This document shows positions 20,401-30,456 of a stretch of 64,000 nucleotides of DNA, piece after piece (position 1 is the first letter of the stretch; every line of letters starts with the position of its first letter). The translations under genes were made by a program, and so were the position numbers. A model generated the notes under the pieces. That model saw nothing but the letters and a program-made list of their open reading frames with translations, did no database searches and was not told the origin of the DNA. Origin of the DNA: Bacillota bacterium (GTDB taxonomy: Bacteria; Bacillota; Halanaerobiia; Halanaerobiales; M55B127); assembly GCA_051745185.1 (NCBI GenBank), contig JBNJDV010000003.1:441-64440 (forward strand). Direction: 5' to 3'.

Positions 20401-21584
20401 ATTATTTCATTGTTTACAGGGTTTAATCCTGTGGTTTCTAAATCAAAAACAACAAATTCGGTTTCTTTAATATCCTTATCTATCGGATTTATAACAATTG
20501 GTTTACCATTATCTATTAAATATGCTTCAAGACCAAATATTATATCAACACCATGTTTTTGACCTGCTTTATAGGCATCAGGATAGGACTGAACAACTCC
20601 ATGGTCAGTTATAGCTATAGCTTTATGCCCCCAATCAGAAGCACGTTTAACAGCTTTTTTTACATCCACAGTTGAATCCAAAGCACTCATCTTAGTATGT
20701 AAATGAAGTTCAATTCGTTTTTTTTCGGCATTATCAGCTCTTAATTTTTTCTCACCAATCTTATTTATATGATTAGTCATCATAATAAGGTCTTTACTGT
20801 ATTTATCGTATTGAATATCACCCTTTACTAAAACTTCATCATTTTTAGATAAGTTAATTTCTTGATTATTTCTTAGAAATGCTTTACATGTTAATGAATC
20901 TTTTGAGTTTGTAATGTGAAAAGTGTATAATTGTAAATTCTTTTTAATCTGTTTTACTTCTTGGTCAAACACATAACCTCCGGTTATCACATCACTTTGT
21001 TCGGAATTAACATTTTCAACATCTATCTTAGTACTAGTTCTATATATTTTACTGCCGTAAACAATTCTCGATTTATTTTTATTCTTTCGTTTCTTCTTTT
21101 TCTTATTTCTTTTAATTTCTTTATTTAAATCTTTTTTCATCTCTTTATCATTTTTAAAAAAATCACCGTTTTTTATACTTACAGTTAGTTCACGGTCAAG
21201 ATAAAAATATATCCTATTTTTAATAAAATTTATTACTTTGGCGTTATTTATCTTTTTAGCTGCTAATTTAGTTTCTAAAGATATTAATATACCATCATCT
21301 TCAAAATGAAGTTGTGCTCTTTCAAACCACGACTTGCTATAAGTAAACTTATCATTAAATTCCTTAACAAGTTGTGGCCATATCATTTTTACTTCTTCTT
21401 TTGTGGTTAATGCAACCTCACAGCTAATAGCAAACTCAGGTAAAGTATCTTTAATCTTTTGAACAGAAGAATCACTTTCATCTGCCCTATTTAAGATTAC
21501 TTTACACTGTTTTTTTTCAGAATCTATTATTATGTATTTTAATTTATCTTTAAATTGTTCTCCTGGTTGGATAACTTTTATCAC
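17415..21584 (-). CDS. polC: DNA polymerase III PolC-type alpha subunit (PHP domain, internal DEDD exonuclease, polymerase core)
   Basis: 1389 aa. Exonuclease motifs FVVFDLETTGL and HNMDFDYSF, the Zn module CGNCGN...CPKCD, and the core around PDIDLNF. GTG start 5 nt after AGGAGGG. Confidence 0.95.
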   Translation of the reverse strand: MIKVIQPGEQFKDKLKYIIIDSEKKQCKVILNRADESDSSVQKIKDTLPEFAISCEVALTTKEEVKMIWPQLVKEFNDKFTYSKSWFERAQLHFEDDGILISLETKLAAKKINNAKVINFIKNRIYFYLDRELTVSIKNGDFFKNDKEMKKDLNKEIKRNKKKKKRKNKNKSRIVYGSKIYRTSTKIDVENVNSEQSDVITGGYVFDQEVKQIKKNLQLYTFHITNSKDSLTCKAFLRNNQEINLSKNDEVLVKGDIQYDKYSKDLIMMTNHINKIGEKKLRADNAEKKRIELHLHTKMSALDSTVDVKKAVKRASDWGHKAIAITDHGVVQSYPDAYKAGQKHGVDIIFGLEAYLIDNGKPIVINPIDKDIKETEFVVFDLETTGLNPVNNEIIEIGAVKIKDGEIIDDFSSLIKPDSNISNKITDITGIDNEMVKDKPAFKEVFNEFVDFIDGCPLVAHNMDFDYSFIRKPLKEHNIKKEITLIDTLTLSRAVLPKLKNHKLATLVKHFNIKLDNHHRALDDSKATAHLLFKLLEEIDDFDINNLNEINELTKNIDWKKSRPYHALILAKNQAGLKDIYKLVSKSHLDNFYRKPRVLKSELLAHRENLLIGSACESGQLFNYILNNRSSREINEVVDFYDFLEIQPLGNNEFLLNNQLDSIEDLKKINKRIYKLGKKNNKPVIATGDVHFLEPKDEIYRKILQAGQGFNDYDNQAPLYYRTTEEMLKEFSYFDDEAAHELVVDNPNKIYDKIEDIKPIPDGLFTPEIEGADERIKEMSYGKAKKLYGDNLPALIEKRLKKELDSIINNGYSVIYLIAHKLVKRSLDDGYLVGSRGSVGSSFVATMCDITEVNPLPAHYRCGNCGNVEFNDSQKYSIGVDLPDKKCPKCDTEYIKDGFDIPFEVFMGFKGDKVPDIDLNFSGEYQNKIHEATEDFFGRDYVFRAGTISTIASRTAFGFVRNYLDDNEIDVKKAEVNRLVSGCTGVKKTTGQHPGGLMVVPKSMDIYDFTPIQHPANDQDTRVRTTHFDYHSISGRILKLDLLGHDDPTSLRMLQDLTGVDPENIPLDDPETMKIFSSTESLNVSEDEIKSEVGTYGIPEFGTSFVRQMLLDTRPSTFAELVRISGLSHGTDVWLNNAQELIKNNTANLSEVISVRDDIMNYLLQKGLKPIDAFWIMEHVRKGKGLTDEEERKMRENSVPNWYIKSCRRIKYMFPKAHAAAYVMMAYRIAYFKVHYPEAFYLTYFSTKSSAFDAQIIDKGLEFIENHLDKIQNQDKLTAKDKETITILEVVIEAMHRGIEFGKVDLYNSKMNQFILKDGKLCPPLICLEGLGSSAAESIVEARQKGDFISIEDLTNRTSLSKTVIEKMKEHGTLTGIPEKNQLSLFGNS

Positions 21585-21608
21585 GAAATCCCTCCTAAAT
21601 CCGATTAA

Positions 21609-22244
21609 TTAATCCACTAAGTTATTAAACAAAGACTTTAAGATGTCTACATACATTTTAGTTCTAGCTTTAACACCATTAACAAAACCCATCTTTTCTT
21701 CTTTCATAACATGAGTTAAATCAAAAAGCTCAACTTCTGTTACTCTTCCTGAGTTTTTAAAATGTTTATTTAATGAAACCTCAACTCCAAAACCTTTTTT
21801 ATCTAAGTTTTTTACTTTCTTTAGTTCTGACAGTTTGATAGCTCTCTGACCAGATAATCGAGGAGAAACCACCTGAGCTAAATCAGTTAAGTTTCTACCT
21901 TTTTTAAAAATACCTATGGTCATATCAGCTTCATCTGATAAAACCGGATTAATTAGTTTATAGACATGTTCTTTTTTTAAACCAATTAAATCACCATCTA
22001 AAAGTAATATTATATCAGTATCGACATTTGTTATACCTTCTTGTAATGCGGCACCTTTACCCTTGTTTTCAGGAAGCCTGATAACTCTTGCTCCACGGTT
22101 TTTTGCTACTTGATAAGTATTATCTTTGGAACCGTCATCAACTACAATTATCTCTTTAATATGGGGTACTTTATTTAATACATCAAGAATATCTCCGATT
22201 GTTTTTTCTTCATTAAAAGCTGGTATTAAAGCTTTAATTGTCAT
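21609..22244 (-). CDS. Short soluble family-2 (GT-A fold) glycosyltransferase
   Basis: 211 aa with IPAFNEEKTIG, VVDDGSKDNT and DGDL (DxD). Overall it resembles glucosyl-3-phosphoglycerate-synthase/DPM-like GT-A enzymes. No TM segments are seen. Confidence 0.6.
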   Translation of the reverse strand: MTIKALIPAFNEEKTIGDILDVLNKVPHIKEIIVVDDGSKDNTYQVAKNRGARVIRLPENKGKGAALQEGITNVDTDIILLLDGDLIGLKKEHVYKLINPVLSDEADMTIGIFKKGRNLTDLAQVVSPRLSGQRAIKLSELKKVKNLDKKGFGVEVSLNKHFKNSGRVTEVELFDLTHVMKEEKMGFVNGVKARTKMYVDILKSLFNNLVD

Positions 22245-22259
22245 CAGGATTTCTCCCCT

Positions 22260-23972
22260 TTATTTTAATGTTGAAATGAAATCTAATATCTCATTTTCAT
22301 AATTATTTAAAGAGATTTCATGGTCTTGACCGGTTTGTCTATTTTTTAATTCCAGTACATTGTTTTCAAGAGATCTGCTGCCAACAGTTATTCTTAATGG
22401 AATTCCTATTAGGTCAGCATCATTAAATTTAACTCCTGCTCTTTCATTACGGTCATCTAACAATACTTCAATATCTCTATCTTTTAATGTATTATATATC
22501 TCTTCTGAAGTTTCTTTTACTTCATCATTTTTTCCTAATGGTAAAATTATTACTTGATAAGGAGCAATTGCTTTTGGCCATATTATTCCATAATCATCAT
22601 TGCTTTGTTCAATGGCGGCAGCTACAATTCTAGTTATACCAATCCCATAACTACCCATCACAATATCTTGTTCTTTACCATTTTCATCTAAATAGGTTGC
22701 TCCCATACTTTCACTATACTTTGTGCCCAGTTTGAAAATATGTCCTACCTCAATACCTGGTTGTATTTCTAAACTACCTGATTCACAATCAGGACAAACA
22801 TCTCCAGGTTTTACAGTACGTAAATCTAAAAATTCATCTGCTTCAAAATCTCTTCCGTAGTTAACATTAGCAATATGCTTATCAACTATATTTGCACCAC
22901 AAATTGAATTATTCATATATTTAATCCTATTATCAGCAAGCACTTTGTGCTCATCATTAATATCAACAGGCCCAATAAATCCAGGTTTAACACCAAATAC
23001 TTGAACAATTTCTTCTTCTGAAGCTGCTTCTAAATTAGTGGCCTGCAGATAGTTTGATAGTTTTACTTCATTTAACTTATCATCACCTCTAAGCAACACA
23101 ACTACTAATTCATCATCAGCCTTCATAAGCATTGTTTTTATCATCTTTGAACCATCTGTATTTAAAAAGTCTTCTAATCCTTCTATTGTTTTAATATCAG
23201 GTGTATCTATAACTTCTCTCTTTTTAAGATCTTCATTACTGGATAAATTTTTATCTAATGAGGTTGCTAACTCTGTATTTGCAGCATAGTCACAACTATC
23301 ACAGACAGCAATGTCATCTTCCCCTGAATCAGCTATTACCATAAATTCATGAGAATCTTTTCCACCCATTGCTCCTGTATCAGCCTGCACAACTCTAGTT
23401 TCTAATCCAAGGCGGTTAAATATTTTTGTATATGCTTCATACATCTCTTGATAACTTTCATCTAAACCTTCATAATCTACATCCATACTGTAGGCATCTT
23501 TCATTATAAATTCGCGGCCTCTCATCAAACCAAACCTCGGTCTGATTTCATCTCTTACCTTAGTTTGAATTTGATATAAGTTTAAAGGTAGGTCTTTATA
23601 TGATCTTACTTCATCTTTTACTAAGTTCGTTACAACTTCTTCATGTGTAGGTCCTAAACAGTATTCATGTTCTTTTCTATCTATAAATTTGATCATTAAC
23701 GGTCCGAATTTTTCCCAACGATTAGATTCTTTCCATATATCAGCTGTCTGCATAACAGGTAAGAGAACTTCCTGTGATGAAGTTTTATCCATTTCTTCTC
23801 TAACAATATTTTCTATTTTTCTAATTACTTTATATCCCAGGGGTAAATAAGAAAAGATTCCGGGAGAAAGTTTCCTCATCATTCCTGCTCGTAACATAAG
23901 CTGATGGCTTGTTATTTCAGCTTCTGCAGGGGTTTCTTTTAAAGTTGGTAAATATAGTTTTGACATTCGCAT
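22260..23972 (-). CDS. proS: Prolyl-tRNA synthetase (bacterial type with INS editing domain)
   Basis: 570 aa. Begins MRMSKLYLPTLKETPAEAEITSHQLMLRAG; class II motifs and an anticodon-binding C-terminus. Confidence 0.95.
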   Translation of the reverse strand: MRMSKLYLPTLKETPAEAEITSHQLMLRAGMMRKLSPGIFSYLPLGYKVIRKIENIVREEMDKTSSQEVLLPVMQTADIWKESNRWEKFGPLMIKFIDRKEHEYCLGPTHEEVVTNLVKDEVRSYKDLPLNLYQIQTKVRDEIRPRFGLMRGREFIMKDAYSMDVDYEGLDESYQEMYEAYTKIFNRLGLETRVVQADTGAMGGKDSHEFMVIADSGEDDIAVCDSCDYAANTELATSLDKNLSSNEDLKKREVIDTPDIKTIEGLEDFLNTDGSKMIKTMLMKADDELVVVLLRGDDKLNEVKLSNYLQATNLEAASEEEIVQVFGVKPGFIGPVDINDEHKVLADNRIKYMNNSICGANIVDKHIANVNYGRDFEADEFLDLRTVKPGDVCPDCESGSLEIQPGIEVGHIFKLGTKYSESMGATYLDENGKEQDIVMGSYGIGITRIVAAAIEQSNDDYGIIWPKAIAPYQVIILPLGKNDEVKETSEEIYNTLKDRDIEVLLDDRNERAGVKFNDADLIGIPLRITVGSRSLENNVLELKNRQTGQDHEISLNNYENEILDFISTLK

Positions 23973-23974
23973 TC

Positions 23975-25048
23975 TTACTCACTCCTCATGTTTTTTATTT
24001 CTTTTATTAAAACAGCTATGATTTCATCTTCATTTACTTTTTTTATGACCTTACCTTTTTTGAATAATAATCCTTCGTTTTTACCACATGCAATTCCAAG
24101 GTCAGCTTCTCTTGCTTCACCAGGACCGTTAACTGCACAGCCCATAACAGCTACTTTAAGTCCATCTTCAAAATCTTTATGATATTTTTTTATCTTACTT
24201 TTGATTTCTTTGGTTATCTTTTCTAAATCAACTTCTGTTCTTCCACAAGTTGGACAAGAAATAATAGAAATACCTCTATTTCTTAACTTCAAAGCTTTTA
24301 ATATCTCATAAGCTGTATGAACTTCTTCAACCGGATCTCCAGTTAATGAAACCCTAACTGTATCACCATAACCTTTTTCTAAAAGCAGTCCGATTCCAAC
24401 TGATGATTTTATAATCCCTTCTTTTCCACTACCGGATTCTGTTATTCCGATATGAAAAGGATAATTTAGCTTTTCACTTAAAAGCTGGTGTGCTTTTAAT
24501 GTCATTAAAACATCTGAAGACTTCATAGATATGATGATATTATAAAATTCAAATTCTTCTAAAATATCTACGTGTTTTAAGACACTTTCAACCATACCCT
24601 CAGCTGTTGGTTTGCCATACTTTTGCAGAAGTTCTTTTTCAATAGAACCAGAATTGACACCAATTCTTATTGGTATATTTTTTTGTTTTGCAGCTTTAAC
24701 AACAGCTTTAACTCTTTTTTTATCACCAATATTACCGGGATTTATTCTTAACCCATCTACACCCTCTTCTATTGCTTTTAGGGCTAGTTTATAGTTGAAA
24801 TGTATATCTGCAATTAACGGTATTTCAATTTTTTCTTTTATATTAGATAAAGCTAAAGCTGCTTTCATATCAGGAACAGCTACCCTGATAATTTCACAGC
24901 CTGCTTTCTGTAATTTCTTTATTTGATTAACTGTACTTTCAACATTATGAGTCTTAGTATTTGTCATTGATTGAACAGATATTGGATAATCACTACCAAC
25001 ACCTACTTTATCATAATATATATTTTTTGTTTTCCTTCTTTTTATCAT
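23975..25048 (-). CDS. ispG: 4-hydroxy-3-methylbut-2-en-1-yl diphosphate synthase (MEP pathway)
   Basis: 357 aa with VQSMTNT, LRINPGNIG and the Fe-S cysteines SCPTCGR ... GCAVNGPGEA. Confidence 0.93.
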   Translation of the reverse strand: MIKRRKTKNIYYDKVGVGSDYPISVQSMTNTKTHNVESTVNQIKKLQKAGCEIIRVAVPDMKAALALSNIKEKIEIPLIADIHFNYKLALKAIEEGVDGLRINPGNIGDKKRVKAVVKAAKQKNIPIRIGVNSGSIEKELLQKYGKPTAEGMVESVLKHVDILEEFEFYNIIISMKSSDVLMTLKAHQLLSEKLNYPFHIGITESGSGKEGIIKSSVGIGLLLEKGYGDTVRVSLTGDPVEEVHTAYEILKALKLRNRGISIISCPTCGRTEVDLEKITKEIKSKIKKYHKDFEDGLKVAVMGCAVNGPGEAREADLGIACGKNEGLLFKKGKVIKKVNEDEIIAVLIKEIKNMRSE

Positions 25049-25060
25049 ACAAACTCTCCT

Positions 25061-26134
25061 TTAAAAGAAGTTTTTTGCTATATCATTGTAGATAATAAAT
25101 AACATTAATATCATAAGTAATACAAAACCCACTAAGTGAACAAAACCTTCTTTTTTGGGATCTACTGGTTTTCCTCTCAATAACTCGATTCCTATAAACA
25201 ATAATCTTCCCCCATCTAGAGCAGGTAAAGGAAGTAAATTAATTATACCTAAATTAACAGATATAATTGCTGTCCAGTTCATTACATTTATTATACCATT
25301 ACGAGCGGCCTGACCAATAATAGAAGCGATCATTACAGGTCCTCCCAGGCCTTCCATTGAACGGTTTGAAATCATTTGAATAAACCCATTAATAGTTAAA
25401 TATATAATCTGCCAAGTTTGTGCAAATGATCTTCTTATAGATTCAAAAAATCCAATGTTTTCTCTGACAACCTCAGGATATATCCCTATGATATTAACGG
25501 CCATTTCTTCATTAAATACCGGTGTTATATTAAAGTTCAAGGCTTCACCATCTCTATTTATTGTTATTTCGAGTGATTCGTTTTCTGAATTGTGTATAAG
25601 GCCTGTCATTTCCTGCCAGGTATTTACTTCAGTATTATTGATACTCACAATTTCATCCCCCGGTTTTAAACCTGCTTCTGCAGCAGGACGACTCGGGTCT
25701 AGTTCACCAATAACAGGTTGATTTGAAGTATCAATTGGTAAACCTGCAAAACTAAATATTAAAAAGAAAATTACTACAGCCAAAAAGAAGTTCATTAATG
25801 GCCCCATAAAAATTACAGCAAATCTTTTCCACATTGGCTTTTGATGAAAACATCTGCCGTTATCTTTGGCTTCATTATAAATCCTTAAGCTTTCTTCATC
25901 ATCATCTTCATCAGGAACAAACTCTCCTGTCATGTTACAAAAACCACCTAAAGGTATTGCTCGGATTGAATAAACGGTTTCTCCCCATTGTTTTGATATT
26001 AACTTAGGTCCAAAACCTAAAGCAAATTCTTCAACCCTGATATCACTTAACTTTGCAGTTATATAATGACCAAATTCGTGTATAAAAATTAATATTCCCA
26101 GTACTACAATAAAACTGAGAATTGTTAAAATCAT
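25061..26134 (-). CDS. rseP: RIP site-2 metalloprotease (RseP/RasP family, PDZ domain)
   Basis: HEFGH zinc motif at the N-terminus, a PDZ segment (AAEAGLKPGDEIVSIN), the LPLPALDGG motif, and multiple TM helices. Confidence 0.9.
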   Translation of the reverse strand: MILTILSFIVVLGILIFIHEFGHYITAKLSDIRVEEFALGFGPKLISKQWGETVYSIRAIPLGGFCNMTGEFVPDEDDDEESLRIYNEAKDNGRCFHQKPMWKRFAVIFMGPLMNFFLAVVIFFLIFSFAGLPIDTSNQPVIGELDPSRPAAEAGLKPGDEIVSINNTEVNTWQEMTGLIHNSENESLEITINRDGEALNFNITPVFNEEMAVNIIGIYPEVVRENIGFFESIRRSFAQTWQIIYLTINGFIQMISNRSMEGLGGPVMIASIIGQAARNGIINVMNWTAIISVNLGIINLLPLPALDGGRLLFIGIELLRGKPVDPKKEGFVHLVGFVLLMILMLFIIYNDIAKNFF

Positions 26135-26135
26135 A

Positions 26136-27287
26136 TTAAACTACCTCCTTTGCAAACTCTCTCGCCCATTTATCAATCTTAATTATCTGATCTATTGTAG
26201 GATCATCAATTTTTTTATGAGCCTTTAAAGTATTTTCGATTAATTCTGGAATCTTTAAAAATTTTATTTCTTTATTTAAAAATCTATGGACTGCAATTTC
26301 ATTAGCAGCATTTAATACAACAGGATTACTTCCACCTGCTTGACCAGCTTCATATGCAAGTTTTAGACATCTAAACTTACTGTAATCCGGTTTTAGAAAT
26401 TCTAATTTACCCAATTTTACTAAATCAAGTCTTTGACCAATACCAGTTTCAATGTTTGGATACTGTAATACATATTGAATCGGCATTCTCATATCAGCAA
26501 CACTCATCTCAGCATAGATTGAACTATCGATTAATTCTATCATGGAATGTATAATGCTTTGAGGATGAATAAGTACATTAATTTTATCATAATTAGTGTT
26601 AAATAACCAATGAGCTTCAATAACTTCTAAACCCTTATTCATCATTGTTGCTGAATCTATTGTTATTTTACTACCCATACTCCAGTTGGGGTGGTTTAAT
26701 GCTTCTTTAACAGTTACATTTTTGAGTTCATCAATACTTTTATTAACAAAAGGACCACCAGAAGCTGTCAGCAAAATATTTTTTAGTTCATCTTTTGAAT
26801 GACCTTTTAATAACCTATAAATTGCATTGTGTTCACTATCTATGGGTAATAATTTATCTTCATAATTATTTTCTTCCATTAGTTTTTTAACTAAATGGCC
26901 GCCTACAACTAAACTCTCTTTATTTGCTAAACCTAATTTTGTACCCTTTTTTATTGTATTAATTGTCGGAATTAATCCTGAAGCACCGACTAAAGCATTT
27001 ATTACTAATTCTATACCATCTAATTTAACTATTTCTTCCAAGTTGTTTTTACCAGACAATACTTCTATATCATGATCTTTAAGTTTATTTTTTACATCAT
27101 CTGCACTTTCCTCATCGACCATAACAACATACTTCGGTTTATATTTTATAGCTTGTTTAACTATTAAATCAACACTCTTATTTGCAGTTAAAACTTCTAT
27201 ACTCCATTTATCATCAATATAATCAACTACATCTAAAACTTGTGTACCTATTGAACCTGTTGAACCTAATAAAATCAATTTATTCAT
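26136..27287 (-). CDS. dxr: 1-deoxy-D-xylulose 5-phosphate reductoisomerase
   Basis: Contains LLGSTGSIGTQ, LANKESLV, PIDSEHNAI and NHPNWSMG. Confidence 0.95.
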   Translation of the reverse strand: MNKLILLGSTGSIGTQVLDVVDYIDDKWSIEVLTANKSVDLIVKQAIKYKPKYVVMVDEESADDVKNKLKDHDIEVLSGKNNLEEIVKLDGIELVINALVGASGLIPTINTIKKGTKLGLANKESLVVGGHLVKKLMEENNYEDKLLPIDSEHNAIYRLLKGHSKDELKNILLTASGGPFVNKSIDELKNVTVKEALNHPNWSMGSKITIDSATMMNKGLEVIEAHWLFNTNYDKINVLIHPQSIIHSMIELIDSSIYAEMSVADMRMPIQYVLQYPNIETGIGQRLDLVKLGKLEFLKPDYSKFRCLKLAYEAGQAGGSNPVVLNAANEIAVHRFLNKEIKFLKIPELIENTLKAHKKIDDPTIDQIIKIDKWAREFAKEVV

Positions 27288-27298
27288 TTAATTGCCTC

Positions 27299-28084
27299 CT
27301 AGCTCAAAAATAATGTTATATAAAAATATGTAAATGGTATTGTAAAAAGAAGGCTGTCAAATCTATCTAATATTCCTCCATGGCCGGGAATTAAATTACC
27401 AGAATCTTTTACTCCACAAGCTCTTTTTATTGCAGATTCAAACAAATCACCTACTATAGCTATAAATGGAAGTAATATTGCATATATTAGCCACAAAAAG
27501 GAAAAAACATTTAAATATAAGGTAACCCCTATTACAAAGATAAAAGAAGCAGCTATACCGCCTAATGCCCCTTCTAAAGTTTTTTTGGGGCTAATCAGTG
27601 GTGCTAATTTTATGGAACCATAAGTCTTACCAATAAAATATGCACCAATATCTGTTAACCAGGTCCCTACTAATGCAATCCATAATCCGAATTTAAAATC
27701 AATATTTCTTAAATATATAAAATATATAAGACCGAAAACAATATATATAATTGCTAATATGTTTCCAGAAGTAGTCTGGATAATATTCTCTAAGTTACCA
27801 CTTCGATAGCTATCATAAAAAAAGATTAATAAAATCAATATAAAAAGATATTCAACCGGAAAGTCTATTTTATAAATCAAATTTAAATATGAAACAAAAA
27901 GAACCATTAAACTGCTTATTAATAAGGCAGGATAATTATCATAATCAGTCATTTTATTAAATTCTTTTAAACCAACCGCGGTAATCAATGAGATTAATAT
28001 AAAAAACGGAAAATGTCCCCAATTAATTATTAATATAAAAACTAATATACCGACTATACTGCTAATTACTCTTTTATATAACAT
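27299..28084 (-). CDS. cdsA: Phosphatidate cytidylyltransferase
   Basis: 261 aa polytopic membrane protein with the C-terminal signature KRACGVKDSGNLIPGHGGILDRFDS. Confidence 0.9.
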   Translation of the reverse strand: MLYKRVISSIVGILVFILIINWGHFPFFILISLITAVGLKEFNKMTDYDNYPALLISSLMVLFVSYLNLIYKIDFPVEYLFILILLIFFYDSYRSGNLENIIQTTSGNILAIIYIVFGLIYFIYLRNIDFKFGLWIALVGTWLTDIGAYFIGKTYGSIKLAPLISPKKTLEGALGGIAASFIFVIGVTLYLNVFSFLWLIYAILLPFIAIVGDLFESAIKRACGVKDSGNLIPGHGGILDRFDSLLFTIPFTYFYITLFLS

Positions 28085-28086
28085 AG

Positions 28087-28797
28087 TTAATAATCAACTC
28101 CATTATCTATTGCTCCAAATTTTCTTTTTCTTTTAGAAAATTCATCTAATGCTTCCATTAGATCTTCTTCAGAAAAATCAGGCCAATATTTTTCTGAAAA
28201 ATATAGTTCAGAATAAGCTGATTCCCAAAGTAAGAAATTACTGATTCTTTTTTCTCCTCCGGTTCTTATTATATATTCGATATTTGAAATATTAGGGTTA
28301 TAAAGACAATCATTAATTGTCGTTTCATCAATGTCCTCAATTTTTACATCTTTGTCATTTTTTATTTTTTTAACAGCATCAATTATTTCTGCTCTACCAC
28401 CATAATTAAAAGCAATATTTAACTCTAACCTTTTATTATCCTTTGTTAGATTCTCAACCCATTTTATTTTATCCAATAATTTTTGATCAAGATTGGTTCT
28501 TCTACCAATAATATTTATCTTTATATCCTGTTTATTCAGTTCTTCTGCCTCATTTTCAATGGTTTTTCTAAAAAGGGTCATTAAATACTTAACTTCCTTT
28601 GGAGGCCTTTTCCAATTTTCTGTTGAAAAAGCATATACTGTAAGACTAGGTATTTCATTTTTAATAAAAACTTCTACCATATCTTTTAGAGTTTCAACTC
28701 CCTGTTTATGACCGTATGTACGGGGCATATTTCTCTTTTGAGCCCAACGTCCATTTCCGTCCATAATTATTGCTATATGTGAGGGTTTATTCTGCAT
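28087..28797 (-). CDS. uppS: Undecaprenyl diphosphate synthase
   Basis: Contains HIAIIMDGNGRWA, FSTENWKRP and RTGGEKRISNFLLWE. Confidence 0.95.
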   Translation of the reverse strand: MQNKPSHIAIIMDGNGRWAQKRNMPRTYGHKQGVETLKDMVEVFIKNEIPSLTVYAFSTENWKRPPKEVKYLMTLFRKTIENEAEELNKQDIKINIIGRRTNLDQKLLDKIKWVENLTKDNKRLELNIAFNYGGRAEIIDAVKKIKNDKDVKIEDIDETTINDCLYNPNISNIEYIIRTGGEKRISNFLLWESAYSELYFSEKYWPDFSEEDLMEALDEFSKRKRKFGAIDNGVDY

Positions 28798-28824
28798 TTT
28801 TGGCCTCCTTTAAATATTAAATAA

Positions 28825-28846
28825 CCCCTCTATACTTATAGAGGGG
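28825..28846 (-). terminator. Hairpin with a U-rich tail directly after the 64-aa ORF
   Basis: Minus RNA CCCCUCUAUA-AG-UAUAGAGGGG followed by UUAUUUAAUAUUU. It starts 3 nt after the stop at 28849. Confidence 0.7.
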
Positions 28847-28848
28847 AA

Positions 28849-29043
28849 TTAATTGTAATCTTCATAAGAATATATAATTATATCCTTATCCTCTTTTTTA
28901 AAAATTTTTAAAGTTATTTTTTTCCCTCTACTCTTATCCCTTCCAGGAGGAGAGTATTCAACAATTTCGTAATTACAATTTTTTTTTAAATCATTAATAT
29001 ACTTATCAGGGTCTTCCAAAAGATATCGATCTATATCTTTCAT
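28849..29043 (-). CDS. Hypothetical 64-aa charged protein, translationally coupled to frr
   Basis: Its ATG overlaps the frr TAA (TAATG). The ORF is followed immediately by a terminator. I recognise no family. It may be an orphan small protein or a chance ORF. Confidence 0.5.
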   Translation of the reverse strand: MKDIDRYLLEDPDKYINDLKKNCNYEIVEYSPPGRDKSRGKKITLKIFKKEDKDIIIYSYEDYN

Positions 29044-29600
29044 TATACTTCCATAATTTCTTCTTCTTTTTTCTCTACAAACTTATCTATTTTGTCACAA
29101 TATTCATCAGTTAATTCTTGAAGGTTATCTAAACCCCTATAAAAGTTATCTTCAGAAATCTCTCCTTCATCTTCAAGATCTTCAAACTCTTCTTTAACAT
29201 TGTGTCTAATATTTCTGATATTAACTTTACCTTTTTCTGCTTTTTCATGTACAATTTTAACTAATTCTTTTCTTCTTTCCTCAGTTAATTTAGGAATGTT
29301 TATTCTAATAACATTACCATCATTATTTGGAGTTAAACCTAAATTTTCTTTCATGATAGCTTTTTCAATATTTTCGATAGCACTTTTATCCCAGGGTTCA
29401 ATCACTAACTGTCTCGGTTCAGGAGCAACTACTTTAGCCATTTGCTGGATAGGTGTTGCAGAACCATAATAGTTAACTATAATGTTTTCTACTAATGAAG
29501 GTCTTGCTCTACCTGTTCTAACCGTGTTAAGATCTTGTTTTGTAGCTTTTAAAGACTTCTTCATCTTCTGTTCAGCTTCATTTGTAAGTTTACCAATCAT
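29043..29600 (-). CDS. frr: Ribosome recycling factor
   Basis: 185 aa with LNTVRTGRARPSLVENI and ITPNNDG-type motifs. Confidence 0.95.
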   Translation of the reverse strand: MIGKLTNEAEQKMKKSLKATKQDLNTVRTGRARPSLVENIIVNYYGSATPIQQMAKVVAPEPRQLVIEPWDKSAIENIEKAIMKENLGLTPNNDGNVIRINIPKLTEERRKELVKIVHEKAEKGKVNIRNIRHNVKEEFEDLEDEGEISEDNFYRGLDNLQELTDEYCDKIDKFVEKKEEEIMEV

Positions 29601-29630
29601 TTAACTTCCCCCTTATTGCAATTATATCTT

Positions 29631-30443
<813 letters not shown>

Positions 30444-30456
30444 TTATTACAAAATT

